Source of the DNA: Camelus dromedarius
Taxonomy: Eukaryota
Direction of reading: 5' to 3'
DNA length: 64,000 nt
NCBI RefSeq assembly: GCF_036321535.1
Contig: NC_087437.1
Location: 39,682,001-39,746,000 of the forward strand
Below, piece by piece: positions 26,400-39,214 of the stretch. The translations under genes were made by a program, and so were the position numbers. The notes below the pieces were generated by a model. That model was given only the letters and a program-made list of their open reading frames with translations. It did not search any database and had not been told where the DNA came from. Positions within the stretch are counted from its first letter, which is position 1. Each line of letters opens with the position of its first letter.

Positions 26400-28504
26400 C
26401 TATAGTAAAAATCTTCCAGAGGGGTTCCATAAAAACCTGCTCTGCTTGTGAAAGAAGCCGCCAACCTCGCCAACCCGTTACACAGGAGCTGCAGAGCTTC
26501 CTCGGGCCACTTGGGAATACGACATGCTTAGCTAGAAAGTGCCATCCAGACCTATGAGATGGCTGGTGGCCCTCTGACCAGGCCAGTGGAGAGGCAGTCA
26601 GCAGACACCAAAGAAGCCGTAACAGCATCCTAACAGAAAACTCTGAAACCACAGGGCCAGAAATTGCGTTCCCCCATTGGCCACGGCACATCCTGCTTGG
26701 CCCTCAGAGTTTCCAGGGATGGGAGAGGCTAAGCCCTGGACCCACAGAGATGCTGAGGATAGTATTTCAGATCCATGGTGGTCACCAGATGGGGAGTCAG
26801 GTGAGGGTCCTTAGAGGTGACCGTGGCCCACTGAGCTGACCAGAGCTTGGATGGGGACACTGTTTCTGCCACTCTCCGTAGCTGCTGGGCCCCTCGTGCA
26901 GGTCACTATTCAAAGCTGGGCCTCTGAGGGGCTTGGTTAAGGAGCTACTTTGATCCCACCCCGGTGACAACACCCATGAGCCTGAAGCCTCAACAACCAG
27001 GTACAGTTGTGCTTTAAGTCATACTAATATGAGACTATTGTCTAATTAATCGCATTGATTCTCTGTTCTTTCAGTTACAAAATCTTTTCATATCATAATC
27101 TAACATGGGTCAAAAATATTTGTGAAACACGGAGTTGATTAAATACAGTAGAACAAAACAAAGAAAAATCCAAAAAAAAAAAAAAAAAAAGATTAAAAAC
27201 TGCCAAACAGCTCAACTTAACTACATTTCCAAGTTGTCTTCCTCGGCTCCACAGTGTTTTCAGTCTGGGGGCTCTCGATAGGTTATATTTGAAAGTACAG
27301 ATGGTCTCTTTGCATCTCCCTCTCTTCTTACAGAAAATTTCTCGGATGTCTTGAGGCAGCTACCTCTTCTGAGAAGCCACTAACTCATACACTCAACTTA
27401 TTTCCCTCTAGATGAGACCTTTGCCACTTAAAACTGCTATCTTGGCCTTTCTCTGAATGTTCTCTGTTAGTGCCGAAAAGAAAAAAAAAATTCTGCCTCG
27501 CAGGCTCCCTTTATCAAGGATGCCAGTTTTTCCTTTCTTGAGAAACAGGGGATAGGAAGCATCTTGCCGCCTTGATGATGGGGCGATGCAGCGACTGTGC
27601 TTTACACAGAGGACCGTTTGCTTTTCTTTGGGAAACCAGGTCAAAGGTTGCTTTCATGGGGGATGTTATAAATAGACCCATCTTCCTAAAGGAAGTTTGG
27701 ATGGATTTTCAAGATACCAATGCATTACTACTTAATTTTTCGTTTTTAAAATTGAATCACTCAAAAGACGTTTAATGAACTTCTATTACGTGCCAGGCTC
27801 TAAATTAAAGTCTCTCCTCAGAACCCCCGATCACAGATTTAGCTCTTTTCTAGGGGAGTTAAATCCTGCTCTGGAAGAACCCACAGTAATGGGACTGACT
27901 GGTTTGGCCTCAGGGTTTTGCTGCAAAGACAAAGTGGGGCTTTTACCTTTCAGGGTTCATAGTCTAACTTTTACCCGAGGCCTACTTCAGTTTTATTTCC
28001 TACTTGATCGTTGTGACGGCCAATCATCGACCCACTTTCACAACAGACAAGGGCGGTTGCTGCCACGCAGAACTGTTTCTCTTCACTGACTCCCCTTCCC
28101 TACCGCCACATAGCATCTGCAGCGCTTCTCCCACCATGAGCATATGTTTGTTCTTAACATAATAGCATAAGTAATATTACTTATTTTATTTTAATTTTAA
28201 GTAATAATATGACTTATTTTAACTTGCCTTTGGAACTTTTATCTTATCTATAGACACTTTTCTTTAAATACCTTTTCTTTCCTTATCCTTCATTCCATCA
28301 GAAGAAGTATTTCCTCCAAAAAGAATTCCCAAAATATTCTTGGCCAAAATGGCATCTCTTACAGCTCTGGCTGGTATTACATCTATATTCTTGATCTCTC
28401 AGATTTCTCACAATTATAGTTTCCTATTTTCCTTTTGTTGTGTCTGTTGAATCAGATTAAAAACTTCTCAAAAGAAACACAGTTCATGCACTAATGTATG
28501 TATT

Positions 28505-29018
28505 TTGTTCATTCTTTCATTTATTCACACTTTCACTCACTTATGTATTCAAAAAAACATGTGTTGAGCACCTATTTGCACCAGGCACCAGGCGAAGTAT
28601 TTGGGGTGAGGAAGTAAACAAGACACTCAAGTTCCTTGCCTTCCAGGACCTTATATTCTAGGTGGGCAGGAGGGGAGGAGCGCACCATAACAAGGAAACA
28701 CACACACAAAAAAAACTAACAAGATGCTTGTGGCCCACGGTGAGTGCCATGGAGAAAACAAACAGGACGATGAGACTAGGAGAAGCAGCAGGAGGAAACT
28801 AGACAGCTGTGGTCAGAGAAGTCTCTACTGAGGAAGTGATATTTGAGCCAAGACCTAAGGCTGGAAGGGGTGCCCCAGAAAGAAAAATCTTTAAGGAGCA
28901 GAAAGGAAGTCAATGTGGTTGAAGCACATGAAGTGAGGGCAGGGGAGGGGAGATCAAGAGGTAAAAGACGAATCAAATATGGCCCCGTGGCCGCGGAAGG
29001 AATCTGGATATTATTCAC
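28505..29018 (-). mobile_element. L2 LINE 3' region
   Basis: ttcattctttcatttattca...gttgagcacctatttgcaccaggcac...ccttgccttccaggaccttatattctag...tctactgaggaagtgatatttgagc. Confidence 0.85.
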
Positions 29019-31604
29019 TAGAGCAAGTACTCACTATATATTGTTTGCTTAATGAAATGATGTGCAAATGTAAGTGTTTATCCTATAGATTTAATCTAGT
29101 TTGGACAGGGTCTCAAAGTTCAGTAACAGAGGTCTTTTTCATTCTAAGTGGTTAGTCCTGTGTCTTTTCAGCATTCAAAATTTGACACTGTGATAATGTC
29201 ACTTTAAAGTCGTTCTTGCACAAGTTCTGAGGAGCCCAAGCCCACCATGCATGGTGCCCTTGCACGTGTAGATGACATTGCCCCCAACCCAATGCACATA
29301 GTCAAAAGGACAGGCCAGCGTGGCTAGATTCCATAAGGGATTTCAAGCTTTTCCTCTTCTCTGGTCATGTGAGAAGGAATTCAATTCTAGGGGTCCTGTG
29401 AGTTTCTCATTTTTCTCTTGAATTCACCTTTTTGAGTTATTCCAAATTCTAGTGGGCTTTCTAAAAGACCATAGCCAAACTGCCATTTTGAGGCCCTTCT
29501 ACAACAAAATGAAAAACAACTTGGACACAAGAATCATGTCTTTCGAAGTTTTCCAGCTCCATTACTGTAACCTATTATTTGCTGTCCTTCCAAGCATGAT
29601 ATAAGCAAACCACAACAAAAGCTTTTGTTAGGAGCCAGTTTAATAGCTGAAAGGTTGATCTTTAAAAAAAAAAAAAAAACAAAACAGGGAAATCTTCAAA
29701 GAACTTATGTATTGCAACTGGCATAAGAACCACAGTGAGCTGTGCATTTGGGGAGAGCAACATCAGGCACATCCATGGCGAGGAATCTGTGCACAGGAGG
29801 AAGTGAGTCGCAAAGGGAGTATAAGGGGCGATGGCACTTTTTTACAGAAATCCAGTAACTATTTGAAAAACATACGTATGTATATACATGGTTCTCAACT
29901 ATGTTTGAGGTGTGGTTTGGAAATGAGAATTTACAAAAATCAAATTCTTGAAAAGATTCTTATTAACCACAGGATTCAAAGCTTCAATGAATATTTGATT
30001 CAAGCCCCAAACACTGCAGGTTGCCAGTTTTTCTCAGCTTAAACTCTAGCAGGTCCCGGTGCCAAGCTGATTTTAACAACCTCCACCTTTCTAAGCAGCC
30101 CTTTCATGTAGATTTACTTGAAAATGGCATCTCAGCCTCTTGTCACCTCATGTTCTCTTCCAGACCATTCACCCAGGTCAGTTTCCTGGCAGGTCCTCAA
30201 CAAGCAGTTGGGGGTTCTTCGTAGACTGAGCTTGGAGTAATTATGCTCTGTAATTGTGGAGTCAGGGCCTGTCTCCCAGTCAAGATTAGAAATGCCAAGT
30301 CATTTCCTGTTTTCAAATCCAAACGAAAGATACTGACGTCTGATACTGGTTCTCCTACATTTCAATTATTGTGGGGCACCCTGGAGCTGCCTTTGAAGGA
30401 TTCTCTTTATAGAAGCAGGATCCCCAACACAGTGCACAATCCTGGATCAGCACCAGAGAATACACAAAATGATTCCAGCTATCACATCTGATAACCCGGC
30501 AGGTCATTTCGCCTAAATGCTGGCAACCTGGGTCATCTGGAATTGGGAATCTTGTCTGGAGATGGACTCATTATTGCGGGCTTTGTAGAAACAAGAGGGC
30601 ATCTGCAGAAAAGGGAGGCGAGAGGCATTTGGCACATGTTTAAGGGGAGAGCACCTCCTTCTTAATTGTACAGATCCTTGTATTTTACAGCACATTAAAC
30701 TTTAAAAGGAAAGGTAGCAAAATCAAGCATCTGTTTTTTTCTCATATAAATTCAACTCCTAATAAATACTAAGCAGAGTTTCCTCAGACCCAGTTGTGGG
30801 CAGATAAGCAGTTCCATACACACAGAACTAATTGCAGTGCTCTCTAAACCTCCCTCGGCAGTCTTTTTTCTCTGCCAGTGAAACCAGCTTTTAGCAACTG
30901 GGTTTTGGGAAAGATGACATCCCCCAAAAGAATCATAGCCAAAACAAACAGGGTTAAGATGGAGAATAATACTAAAAATGATTCCTATTTATTCCATACT
31001 ACAGTGCCCTCCATTGTGAAGTGCATTCTGCGCCTAAATTAGTCACAGTAATACGATTTTCATGCTGGAAATGAACCTGTGCATGTCTCCCAATTTCCTG
31101 ACTTTGGAGGAGTAAAATATGTGTTGCTGGTTATCAGATTTTTCAATGTATTTCCCTTTCACATCCACTTATTTCTCTTGAAAGTGACACAAAATCTATA
31201 ACACAGTAGATAAGGTTACAAACTGCCTGTTACATTTTATACTGACAGCTGTGTCACTTTTAAAAACTGAAATGCAAATGTGTCCCTTCAGGGCAATTTC
31301 CGATAGATGTGTGTCTGTGGTATAATTTCCTACAAAGAAGAAGATGAGACGAAATTTGGGGGAGAACACACAGGCTCTAAAATAAGGGGCTTATGAAGGT
31401 GTGCCTCCACCATCCCCCAAAGAGGTCCCCTGGGCCATCCAAACCATACCACTGAGAAAGACGTCAAGTCACCTAGCTCCTTTCTCTGCTGACTTCTTTT
31501 GGTTGAGAAAAATCAGCCTTTCAGAGTCCATCAACAGTCTTCAGTATCTTTAAGTTAAGCAAAGTAAATTAAACTATTAATTTACTCAGTTATGTCATTG
31601 AGAA

Positions 31605-31838
31605 AATGACAGGAAGAGGAAGAAGGAAGGCTAGAGGTACGAAGAGGTATAAAGGCAATTTAGGAGAAAAAAAAGGAGAAAGGGGGAAAGAAAAGAAAAG
31701 GAAAAAAGGAAAGAAAGAGAGAAAAAAGAAAGAATGAACAAAAGAAAGAAAGGGAAAGAAAGGAAAAGAAAGACAGGCAAAAAAAAAAAAAAGAAAGAAA
31801 GAAAGAAAGAAAAAGGAACAAGAAGGAAATGAAAGAAC
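31605..31838. repeat. GA-rich low-complexity / (GAAA)n polypurine tract
   Basis: About 180 bp (31662-31836) almost devoid of pyrimidines on the plus strand, with a purine-rich flank. Confidence 0.9.
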
Positions 31839-34310
31839 CCATGTTCTGTAGATTCTATGTTGGTTATAGAAAATTCTAAGAAACAGTAAAATCCTTTAGT
31901 TATCTGTAATCACTAAGTTGATCTGTTTGTATCATTGATTTGCCATTGTGTAAGTAAGTTAAAACAGTAGCCCAACTTCCACTTCTTTTTTGTCATTGGC
32001 TCTTATTCCTGGCCGTATTTCACATTTCAACCTGCTCACCATATGTGTACATACTTATGCTTTCTTTGCCACTAATTGCTTCTTTTTTGACAATACCATC
32101 TATATGTGCATAGTATATGGCCGTTTTTATCACTCTAAGCCTATTAATGCCCAGACTTATGGTTCCCAGAGGAATTAAAATTAACCAGCTCTCTAAATAT
32201 TGTTCATGAGTTGGAAAACTCCTGTATTTTAGAATCTCACTTCAGTTGTTTTTAATTGGTTTGCAATATTTCACCCTTCAGGGCTTGCCCTTAACTTTTC
32301 AAAGTATATATTAAAAAAAATTTATGAGAGTGATATGAAAGGCAAAACTTAGGAAAAATAAACACTGCTTTTGGACAATGATAGTACTTATTCTATGATT
32401 TAAAGCCTGAATTTATAGTCTGGTAGAGACTAAACTCCTATTCACTTTCCACTAACTTCTATTATCATCAATGAGATTTTTACCTGTAAATAAGCTACTG
32501 GTCTAATGTGCTCTATCACCAAAAAACATAGGGCTTTATAGAAACCAAATTCTTTTATGGTGAATTTCTCTTTTAGAACTAGAGATCCCTAATGCATTAA
32601 TTTATTTTCTGAGTTTGTCATAAAATGTTGCTTTTTATTTCTAGAATATGGAAAGAGACTCCCCTTAAATACTTAGCTTTTGAAGAATGATCACTTTGTA
32701 TGACCCATGAAACAAGTCACTGACAAAATGCCCCTAAACCCCAAAGAACCCTTTATTGTTAATGATAAATGCATACGCACACAAACACACAGAAACACAA
32801 AACTCCCAAGTATATTAATAGTATTTACCATTCCTCAAGAATAAAGTGAGAGGTTCCATGGGTAAAAGAAGCCATATCTAAATTAGAACCGCAGACTGCC
32901 ATGTTTCTGCCACCAGGGCAGAGGAAAATATTAACTTTGCTTACAGAAAGAATAAATGAATTAAGATAGTAGTAATAATGCATATTATGGTCATATAAAA
33001 CAGAGATCATTTATATTTTTCATTCTTAGTTCTCCCAAATAATCAAAATTTGCTCTCTCTCACTTACAGATCCTAGTGTCAAATTATTACTTATAAAAAA
33101 TAAGCAGTATCAAGAAATTCTGAACAAGTACATAAAACTCAGGAAGGCTGCCTCAGCCATAATATTTCAAGCAGGAACTTCTTCTCACAAATAAACTTTC
33201 TCTTAGAGTTTTGCAGTGTAAGTAACCAAGATGACTTGGCTTTCGATGAATATTTGTTAAATAAGCGAGTGAATGGAGAACAGAATGAACAAGTGGAGAA
33301 GTAAAACCACATGGGAGCATCAATTGGAAGCAATCCCTTCCCAGACTTATTTTAAGTGAACTTTTTCACATCTCAGATGATCTGCTATGTGCATATTTCC
33401 CACACTGACAAAAAGAAAAAGTTCTTCAGAATTTCCCAAATTGGGTGCTCTGCGTGTATCTCAAAGGGCTATCATAGGAGAGGGGTAACCCTGACTGATG
33501 CTAATCAATGAATGAAAACACTTTTTCACTTTATGTAGCAGTGTTTTTCTCTGTGAATAAATAGCATATCCTTGGATAATAACAAGTGGCACGTGATTAT
33601 TAATTGTGAATTCCAAGGTTAAGAACCTTTGACTTTGTGTGCGTGAATATTGAGACACTTCACTGTGCTCAGACGTTCAACAAATACACCACTTGCTTTC
33701 ATCTACGCAGGGTCTGTCACTTGACTTTCGACCTTTCATTTGGCACTGTCCTGTCATTTCTTTGGTTTTGCAAATGCTAGCCTCTCACTTGACCTCTCCA
33801 CTGTGACCTTTCACTTGACCTGTGATCTCATAAATCCTGAAATCTCATACATGTAATTGGGGAACAAATAAACAAAACATCTGGATGAAGCTCCTTCTGA
33901 ATTAAGTCTGAGTAGCTGAAACACAGGACCAAACATGTCGAGACTTCTGTAAATAATTGGATATCCACTAGGAGGGTATGTGAATGGTAGAAAAGAACTT
34001 TTTAAGAAATGACCATGATACATCAAATTCTTACAAAATAGTTCATAACAGTTAACCTATAAGGAAAAAGACTCAGAATTAGCTTCCATGAGAATATTTC
34101 TCTGGTCTGATCACATTAAGAAAAAGAAAAAACTAAATTACTCCAGTTAAAAATGAAACATCTTTAATGAAGATGTTTACTGAATTTCATCATCTTGTTA
34201 CTCAAGCATGGGAGTCAGAATTATTGTCTAAGAGGTACCAAAAGACTTTACCTAGATGAAGATTGTGTGACTCACTATAGTATTTAATATAAAACTGTTA
34301 TATTTTAAGT

Positions 34311-34532
34311 GCTCCCTGATCACCTTTAGTGTCTCACCCATCAAATAACATCATTTTATTATCTTTGTAGCATGAATTACCATCTGAAATAACTTTACTG
34401 ATGTGCTCTTTGGCCCTACTAGAGTATAAGCTTCATGAGGGCAAGAAATTTGTCTGTCATAGTAACTGCTGAGTGTCCATCACTGAAAAGACCACCTGGC
34501 ACTTTCCAGTTGTTGAATATTTGTTGAGTAAA
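34311..34532 (+). mobile_element. L2 LINE 3' end
   Basis: ctagagtataagcttcatgagggcaag...cctggcac...gaatatttgttgagtaa. Confidence 0.8.
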
Positions 34533-35869
34533 CAAAAGAATATCTACTACACATGCAAGTGTCCTCTCCAAACATCACTTCACATAACTGCACAGCAGAG
34601 CAAAAATCTAAAGTAACCATCTTCCCAGTTAATTTTAAAGTTTTAATTACAGTTCACCCATTTTTTTAAAGTCTAATATCCTTTAAAATTTATCCTGGGG
34701 TTTTCAATATTGGCATCTTATTTTACTATTGTTACTCTTACCATTAAGATATTTTTCTCCTACAAAAGCAAAGACCTCTTCACAAATCTCACAAATTAAT
34801 AAACGTTGATTATTATCCTCAAATGCCAGCTCTAGAACAAATTTAAGATTTGAGTCACACCTCTTGCTGATTAGAATACAGTAATGTTCCTTTCATTAGG
34901 TTTCTGGATTCATGGATTAGGAAACTAGTTTAGATTCACAGTGATTTGAAAAGAGTTATGAAACATTAGAGAATACCAACTTTAATGTTTTGCTATCTGA
35001 AATGATCACAAAAATTTTATACTTAGTCACGTTCCAGCTAAAACTTACGATGCACTTCAGATTACTGTGAGGAAAACTCGGACAGAAACCACAAAATAAA
35101 CAAAAAACCCACAAATGTACTTCTGAACAAAGTAACTGCTAAATAAAACAATTTGAAGACAATCTCTTCCAAACGTTTAGCTAGACTATCACCATGACTT
35201 TGTTATAAAATGTTGCATAAGACATAAAACTGATCCAAAACCCCAAATCTGATTGAAAGTCAATTTTCTCTTAAAAAAAGTTCTTCTTAGACTCCAATTA
35301 AGGAAATTCCAGTTTGAGTATTAAAGGAAAAGTGAGTTTTCACTTTCAAATGGTGGTAGAATAACATTTATGAATATTTATATCCACCATTTAGTCATTT
35401 AACAAAAGATTATAAACTGACATATGCTAAAATTTAATATGACTGATCCTTTAAAATTTTACCCCAAATAAATACTGAGAATGCCTTATATTTATTTAAA
35501 TCTTATTTGAATACATTACATCTTCAGAATAACAGATATGTAATAAGAATCTATAATAATAGATTAATAATATATATTTTTTGGAATGTAGAGTAATTCT
35601 CACCTTTTATGGGTTCCAAAATACTGAAAGAAGTGTTAAGAAATGTGACTTGCTGTTAAAGTGAAATTTAAACTAATCACAAAACCAGAATTTTCTAACT
35701 TCCTCAAACTAAGCTGGATAAATGGTTCAAAGTTTGGCTAAAGTTTGAGGTTCTCTCTTGTTTAATCCAAAGCAGTTCATTTTTCCTTAAAGGTAATCAA
35801 AATAGTCAGACATGGTACAAATCATTTTGTTGGAGGAAAATTATGCCTGTGGTTTATTTAAATAATGTA

Positions 35870-36430
35870 ATACCAATAGGGGGAACTTTAAAGAATATTA
35901 GAGTATTTCAAATATATAGAGAAATAAAAATGGCAAAACAAAAATATAAAAGAAAATTAGGTACAGGAATTATTTTGTAGATACCACTGATATATTGGTC
36001 ATACTAACAATATAACATATAAAGAATAAAATCCAAGTAATAACTATCAAAAGGAATAGCTCCACAAGCTCACCTCAAGGGAGGATGATTAACTATTTAG
36101 GAATACATATAAAAATTCATTATAATCAAGATTTCAATAAGAAGTTCTGGAATTTCAGATAAAAAACTAATATGGGAACTTAAGGAGATATTCAAAATTT
36201 TTGATGCCCCAATAAATAAATTAACAAAGTTACTATTTCAGAGTCATAGCCTTCATTAATCTATTAATGTAATCTAAGACATGGTATTTTTCCAAATAAG
36301 TAAAGAATAGAAACACCAGCTACATTTTAAAAATAATAGGGAAATTAGTAACAGAAACAGTTGTGGATACTGTAAAAAACAATATGGAAATTTTGAGGAG
36401 AAAAAGGACAGAGAATCTAAATCTATTGTG
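35870..36430 (+). mobile_element. Highly decayed L1 ORF2 remnant
   Basis: A-rich block with collinear L1 ORF2-like motifs: attattttgtagatac (FADD region), aactatttaggaatacat (KYLGI region), ttaatctattaatgtaatc, aacagttgtggatactg (KTVWYW region); no intact frame. Confidence 0.5.
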
Positions 36431-38917
36431 TTGATATAACAAAGCCCAGACTTAAAAATGAAAGCAAGCTTTGCTGGCTTTACTTATGCTTTAGGTAGAA
36501 GCTTTTTACTACAAGAATTCAACTGCTGAAGTTCATTTCCTGTCTTTAATTCTAAACGAGCAATTTGCTGATAATTTCCTGTCTACATTTTCATAAAGTA
36601 GAGAGAACATGACTGGTTAAGCTTAATGTTTCAATAACCAAATAAACTTCAGCAAGCATGGTTTAGGAAATTAGACAACTATCTAGAAACTAGCTTTATG
36701 ATTATAAAATGTCTGAAAATGTTTATCTCCCCCAAATGTTTGAAAATATTCTGAAGGCCTTTGTGATTGCCTCTTTGACCCCCAAACAAATAGAGCACCA
36801 TTGCTTTGCCTCAGTGGGCCCAGAGCAATTAAAGTCAAAAGGGTATGAATCCCCCTGAACTCTGAGCTGTTTCAACATAGAGAAGGAAGAAATTACCTCT
36901 GACTTAGTTTCAGCCTACAGCACCCTCCCACCTCCCAACTCCATCTTTCTGCCTAAAGTAGAAATTTGCTTAACTTGAACTTTGTATAGACCATGCCCTT
37001 GGATCCATGAGTATCAGCATTTGTGGCCAAAAATAAACTAGCGCATCACTAAAAGGGACCCATCTGAAACCTAAGTTAAGTTGTCAATTAAAGATGAAGA
37101 ATGACTTGCTATTATTGCCTTAAAATGAGGCACCCTGTCTCTCCTGTTGAGATCACAAACATCTTCCACCCGAAATCTATTATAGCATCCGCAGAAGTAG
37201 AGCTGAGGAATTGGGTACCGTTTCCAAGGCTCAGAAGAGGGCATAATCCGTAAAACTATGAAATGTGGGGGCATTTGGTAAAACTTCAAGAAATGCCTGT
37301 TTGTGCCACTACCCACCTCCAGGTGCCAGCCAGTGGGAGAAAAAGGAGTCAAATCCTGATTACAAAGGGAGATTTTATTAGACAGATTTAAGGGGAACAG
37401 ATGAGCCCAAATCCCCCCTTTTATTATCTACTGTACACTTAGCTAATGCTTTCTCCTGTGAGAAAGGCTTAAACAGTAAGCACAAATAGCACAATGAAAC
37501 TGTAATACTCTCTCAGCGTGGACCTGGATTATTTCAGCCACCAGCAACGTGAGTAGCTGCAGGTGTTGCACTAAATAAAGTAATATAAAGTGTCTAAATT
37601 GTAACAGTGGAAGTACTGTTTCAAGACCCTTGTCTGCTTTTTATTAATAGTCAGATTCCTTCCTATCAGCAGCCACAACTACCTTTACCCTATTATTCAG
37701 CAACAATATTTTGATAGGCAAAGATCTATTAAAATCACTGTTGATATTTTGTGACCATAGTCGTTTTGGAGTTGAATAAGCGTTCAATCTTCTCACAGAA
37801 GGGGAGAACGTAAACTTGTGATTCAGGAAAAGAGGAAACCAGGGGTTACAAAGGTGGAGAGGCCAAGTAGAATGAAACAGACCCCCTCCATCAAGTAAAA
37901 AATTTGGCAGGATAACTAGAAACAGACCAACCCTAAATCTTTGGGTTCATGAGCTCTTAGTAACATAATTAACTGAAATAAAACTAATATTCCAGTGTTA
38001 AGTTTCACCTTAACGTACATCAGCAGTTATAAGTTATACACTAGGTATGAAGAGTTATAATCAGGAAGTATCCTTTTTGTTTATGGAACGTACATTAAGG
38101 TAAGGGGGAAACATTCCTTAACACGTTAGTGTAATTTCTAAAACAGAAAAATTATCTACACAAAGAGAACTGTCAAGTTTGCCTTACTCTTTCTATCCAG
38201 AAGCATTACTTTTGTGGGGGAAGGTGGGCTGATCACTTATTTGAAATTTCCTACAAAAGTAGAGAGTGCCAAGCTTCTGAGGCATTTGTTCTTGAGAAAA
38301 GAACCACTGATACCTAGGGAAAAAATGTTGAACAGGAAATGTTTGACCAGTGTTGCATCACAAGATATCAAAAGAATTTCACTTTGGCTACTTCAGTCAT
38401 GATTTTTGCTTTTTTCATAGTCTTTGAGCTTCTACAAAATGAATTAAAAAAAAAATAGTGATACTAAAATTTTTCGAAAAGTTTCCAATGAGTGAAATAA
38501 AGTAAAAATCTTCTTCTAGAATGAAACCTAAAACAGTGTTAGTGCTGAGAGAATAGATAAACAACATTAGTGATCTGTGAATAGCATTCAGGAAATTCCA
38601 TTTATCTGATGAGCTGTTGGCTAACTGAGCAGTGTTTCATATGTCACCAGCTAGCTAAAGCTCCCCATTGTGTGTACAGATTTCCTTTAAAGGCATTTTT
38701 AACATCGTTTTGCACATTAGGAGACAGTTTCTTTAGAAGTGAATGGCCAGCCCCAGGAAGGAGTCTTCTTCCTATTTTTCTTTTTTTAAATTGATGTCCG
38801 TCTGCACCTCGCCGCCCAACAACTGCACAAATCCCTAACTCAGGATCCTTGTCATAGGACTGCCTGCGGCAATCAGCCCACGGTTTCTTTTTGAACAAGC
38901 CTTCTTTTAACACTTAC

Positions 38918-39214
38918 AGCCAGGGATGATTTAACAGAAAGTGTCTCAAGTCAGTGAGCTACAGCCCCTTTAGACGCTACCCAAACAAAGCTACTAATGT
39001 GTGGTCAGTTTCTTGGCAACTCCAGTCTCGGCTGATAACGCTCCTGCCTGCTATTCTCCAAGGAGCCGGCTGCTGGAAGACGGCTCGGAACCTCATCCCC
39101 TTGGTGCTCCTGATGCGGGCGATCCTCCGACTGCTTGGCGCCAACCACAACATGCTACCCACCGTGAGAGAGCAGGACGCGGGCTGCTCTAGTCAGGACT
39201 TATCGTCTATCATA
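38918..39214 (-). ncRNA. Candidate internal exon (297 nt), CpG-rich
   Basis: Minus strand tgtttattttttctgctcactcttggtttcgtcaatcag|TATGATAG...CTGGCT|gtaagt; CpG density far above the window background. Confidence 0.45.

Noticed and set aside
28167..28184. 18-bp perfect palindrome ataagtaatattacttat
   Set aside because: Lies in AT-rich low-complexity sequence where such palindromes arise readily
31660..31842. Phe/Leu/Ser-rich 60-aa ORF resembling a transmembrane peptide
   Set aside because: Translation of the polypurine tract's complement
34269..34280. GACTCACTATAG match to the T7 promoter core
   Set aside because: Only 12 nt; lacks TAATAC and GGG, and no vector sequence flanks it; treated as chance
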